A stretch of 64,000 nucleotides of DNA. Source: Clostridia bacterium. GTDB taxonomy: Bacteria; Bacillota; Clostridia; Oscillospirales; CAG-272. The position numbers and the translations under genes are program-made. The notes beneath the pieces were generated by a model that saw nothing but the letters and a program-made list of their open reading frames with translations, did not search any database and was not told where the DNA came from. The stretch lies in the NCBI GenBank assembly GCA_017533565.1, contig JAFXHU010000008.1:5924-69923 (forward strand). The letters are read 5' to 3'. Below are positions 61,285-64,000 of this stretch, piece by piece (within the stretch, counting starts at the first letter, position 1; the number at the start of each line of letters is the position of its first letter).

Positions 61285-62178
61285 ATGAATAACTTGAAAA
61301 ATCAAACCGATTTCGACGCCTTGGCAAGGCGCGAAAATGTAAAGAAAGCTTTACTAAATGTACTGCTTTACTCGCTGCTCTGTATTTGGGCGCTCATCGT
61401 CCTTTTCCCGTTTTATTGGATGATTATAACCGCGCTTAAATCCAATGCGGAGTATCTTACCGAAACCGTGCCGACGCCCTATCCGCTTCGGCTGACGCTT
61501 GAAAACTTTGGTATTGCATTCACCCCAACCGAGCAGGTTAATCTTGCCCTGGCATTCTTGAATACCTTCTTGTTTACGGTATTCACCACCGCGATTATGC
61601 TGGCGGTAATCGTTCCCGCGGCGTTTGCATTTTCGAGGCTTAATTTCCGCGGAAAGAATATACTTTTCACCTTCTTCCTTGCTCTTATGATGATACCGAC
61701 CGAGCTTGTCGTAATCACGAACTTTATTACGGTTACTAACCTTGAGCTTCGCAATACGCTTCTCGGACTTATTCTTCCGAGCGTGACTTCGGTATTCTAC
61801 ATTTACCTTTTAAAGGAGAATTTTTCGCAAATCCCCGACGAGCTTTATTGGGCGGCAAAGGTTGACGGCACCCGCGACTTCAAATATATGATGCGCGTTA
61901 TGCTCCCGATTTGCAAGCCTACGGTTGTCACTATCACGATTTTAAAGGTTATCGAGTGCTGGAATTCCTACGTCTGGCCCCGACTTATCGTTGACGATGC
62001 GGACCACCTCCTCCTGTCGGTTGCGATACAAAACCTTCGCGAAAGCGGCGCGGGAAGGGGTAACGTGCCCGCAATGATGGCTGCGGTTGTGCTTGTATCC
62101 CTGCCGCTTATCGTTCTATTCCTCGTGTTCAAGGATAGGATAATGGAGGGAGTTTCAAGAGGAGGTACAAAGGGATGA
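61285..62178 (+). CDS. Carbohydrate ABC transporter permease
   Basis: Six TM. EAA-type loop (AAKVDGTRDFKYMMRVMLP). Confidence 0.8.
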   Translation: MNNLKNQTDFDALARRENVKKALLNVLLYSLLCIWALIVLFPFYWMIITALKSNAEYLTETVPTPYPLRLTLENFGIAFTPTEQVNLALAFLNTFLFTVFTTAIMLAVIVPAAFAFSRLNFRGKNILFTFFLALMMIPTELVVITNFITVTNLELRNTLLGLILPSVTSVFYIYLLKENFSQIPDELYWAAKVDGTRDFKYMMRVMLPICKPTVVTITILKVIECWNSYVWPRLIVDDADHLLLSVAIQNLRESGAGRGNVPAMMAAVVLVSLPLIVLFLVFKDRIMEGVSRGGTKG

Positions 62179-63815
62179 TGAACAGAATTATTTCGCTTTT
62201 TCTCGTCATTTCGGTTTTTCTTGTTACCGCGCTTTCACTCACCTCCTGTCACGGAGCGCGAGAGATTGCGGGCTTTGAAATCCCGACCGACTTCAACCCA
62301 AATGCGGAGTATGAAATCTCCTTCTGGGCAAAAAACGAGGGTCACGATGCACAGGCGGACGTCTATCGCGACGCAATAAAGAGGTTTAACGAATATTACC
62401 CGAATATAAAAGTTAACCTTAAAATTTACAGCAATTATAACGATATTTACAAGGACGTGCTTACCAATATGCAAACGGGCACGACACCAAACGTTTGCAT
62501 ATCCTATCCCGACCACGTTGCAACCTATATGACGGGCGAAAACGTTGTCGTCCCGCTTGACAACCTTATAAACGATGCAAAGCTCGGACTCGGCGGCACG
62601 GAGGTAAGATTTGACGCCCCCACCCGTGACGAAATGGTGGAAAGGTTTATGCTGGAGGGCAAAATCGGAAAGGTACAGTACACGCTCCCCTTCGTCCGTT
62701 CTACCGAGGCGTGCTACGTCAACCGCGATATGGTGGAAGCCCTTGGCTTCACGCTCCCCGAAAACGGAATACTGACATGGGATTTCGTTTGGGAGGTTTC
62801 GGAGGCGGCAATGGCTAAAGACTCTGACGGAACCTACAAGGTTAACGGGCAAAAGGTGCTTATCCCCTTTATATACAAGTCCACCGACAATATGATGATT
62901 CAGATGTTAGAGCAGCTTGATGCGGGATATACCACCGATTCCGCGGAGATTTTGCTGTTTAACGACACCACAAGAAGCATACTTATGACTGTTGCGGAGC
63001 ATGCTAAAACGGGGGCATTTTCCACCTTTGAATTTTCAAGCTATCCGGGTGACTATTTCAACGCGGGACAGTGCATATTCGCGATTGACTCAACCGCGGG
63101 AGCTACTTGGATTGGCTCTAACTCCCCCCACCTCGATATTGACCGCGAAAACGTCGTAAGCTTTGATACAGAGGTTATGATGGTGCCGCAATTCAATCCC
63201 GAAAATCCCGAAATGATTTCACAGGGACCCTCCGTTTGCCTTTTTAACAAGGAGGATAAGGGGGAGGTTATGGCTTCCTGGCTCTTTATGCAATTCCTTC
63301 TTACCAACGACGTACAGATTGATTATGCAAAAACCGAGGGGTATATCCCCGTAACCGAAAAGGCGATTTCCTCCGAGGAGTATCAAAGCTATATTAATCA
63401 CGAGGGCGACAATTCCGACGAGCATTATACGGTAAAGCTTGCCGCGACCCGCCTTCTTACCGAAAATATTGAGAACACCTTTATCACCCCCGTCTTTAAC
63501 GGCTCTGCGAGAGTAAGGCAGGCGGCGGGCGAGCTTATAGACACGGTAAATAAAGCGCCGCGAAGAAAATACGAGGTAAATTCGTCCTACATCACAAAGC
63601 TTTTCAAAACCGTATCTACACAGTACAAGCTTAACGAGCTTGCCGTGGTTGATGCGGGAAATGCACCCGTAGATAACGAAAGCGGACCGTTACCAATCGG
63701 CTCTGTAATTCTTCTTTCGGGGCTTGGAGTGTCTTGGGCTGTGATAATAACCGCACTAACCGTTCAGTACGTGTTAAAGAAAAAGAAAAGCGATAAAACC
63801 AACCGAAGCCGATAA
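62175..63815 (+). CDS. Extracellular solute-binding lipoprotein with an additional C-terminal TM anchor
   Basis: Lipobox LSLTSC at the N-terminus, an SBP-sized body, and C-terminal LPIGSVILLSGLGVSWAVIITALTVQYVLKKKK. Confidence 0.7.
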   Translation: MMNRIISLFLVISVFLVTALSLTSCHGAREIAGFEIPTDFNPNAEYEISFWAKNEGHDAQADVYRDAIKRFNEYYPNIKVNLKIYSNYNDIYKDVLTNMQTGTTPNVCISYPDHVATYMTGENVVVPLDNLINDAKLGLGGTEVRFDAPTRDEMVERFMLEGKIGKVQYTLPFVRSTEACYVNRDMVEALGFTLPENGILTWDFVWEVSEAAMAKDSDGTYKVNGQKVLIPFIYKSTDNMMIQMLEQLDAGYTTDSAEILLFNDTTRSILMTVAEHAKTGAFSTFEFSSYPGDYFNAGQCIFAIDSTAGATWIGSNSPHLDIDRENVVSFDTEVMMVPQFNPENPEMISQGPSVCLFNKEDKGEVMASWLFMQFLLTNDVQIDYAKTEGYIPVTEKAISSEEYQSYINHEGDNSDEHYTVKLAATRLLTENIENTFITPVFNGSARVRQAAGELIDTVNKAPRRKYEVNSSYITKLFKTVSTQYKLNELAVVDAGNAPVDNESGPLPIGSVILLSGLGVSWAVIITALTVQYVLKKKKSDKTNRSR

Positions 63816-63903
63816 TTTTTTATTTGCCACTTGACTTATTTCCAATTTAATGTATAATATAATTGTGCCCGCGGACGGGTACGCATAAAAAGGAGAATAA
63901 ACA

Positions 63904-64000
63904 ATGAAAAAGATTTTGATTTTGCTTTTGGCGGTATGCCTTGCATTTGCTCTCGCTTCTTGTAAGAAGGCGTGCGACCACGTTGATGCCGATGCCGACG
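63904..64000 (+). CDS. N-terminal fragment of a lipoprotein (runs off the window)
   Basis: RBS AAAGGAG. MKKILILLLAVCLAFALASC is a signal peptide with a lipobox. Confidence 0.5.
   Translation, partial: MKKILILLLAVCLAFALASCKKACDHVDADAD

Noticed and set aside
1-64000. Search for a canonical defence island (R-M enzymes, Abi, CBASS, retron, TA with NTPase/nuclease), integrase or transposase.
   Set aside because: I recognised no such motifs in any of the six frames provided. The only defence-related signals are the phage anti-restriction genes and the morons listed as findings.

Overview
The window has two parts. (1) Positions 1 to about 28.5 kb are the right-hand part of a temperate tailed-phage genome (prophage). 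All its genes are on the + strand, in this order: excisionase-like HTH, recombinase plus nuclease, a large C5 DNA methyltransferase and a Lar-like protein, DUF1064, a late regulator, small and large terminase, portal, MuF-like protein, scaffold, capsid, tail proteins, and a terminal cassette of membrane proteins. It carries its own tRNA-Thr(UGU). Three visibly AT-rich promoter-gene-terminator cassettes (morons) interrupt it. The integrase/repressor end is outside the window. (2) From about 28.6 to 64 kb is ordinary chromosome of a Gram-positive, Clostridia-like host (taxon is inference from gene content and AGGAGG-type RBSs). It contains tRNA-Ser(GCU), gpsA, a heterodimeric ABC exporter, a pseudouridine synthase, tex, a DUF5685/J-domain pair, rimO, pgsA, a MATE pump, trmO, aconitase-X, serC, typA, gdhA, and a GH127-like hydrolase next to a sugar ABC importer. 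I saw no CRISPR array, rRNA, transposase, integrase or recognisable NTPase/nuclease defence operon. The observations most worth follow-up are all in the prophage. First, the C5-methyltransferase has eight tandem TRD-like repeats. Second, a late-control region has three phased 14-bp repeats, an extended -10 and a short terminated transcript. Third, three morons share one promoter architecture: an anthrax-LF/M34-like zincin plus coupled small ORF, a KHPRD-motif protein plus coupled small ORF just after the MuF gene, and a very AT-rich membrane protein inside the tail module. Fourth, the lysis-position cassette has no recognisable endolysin. Fifth, an 18-bp exact repeat brackets tRNA-Ser and the 3' part of a lipoprotein gene. 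All functional calls rest on motifs I recognise by eye; no searches or computations were run.
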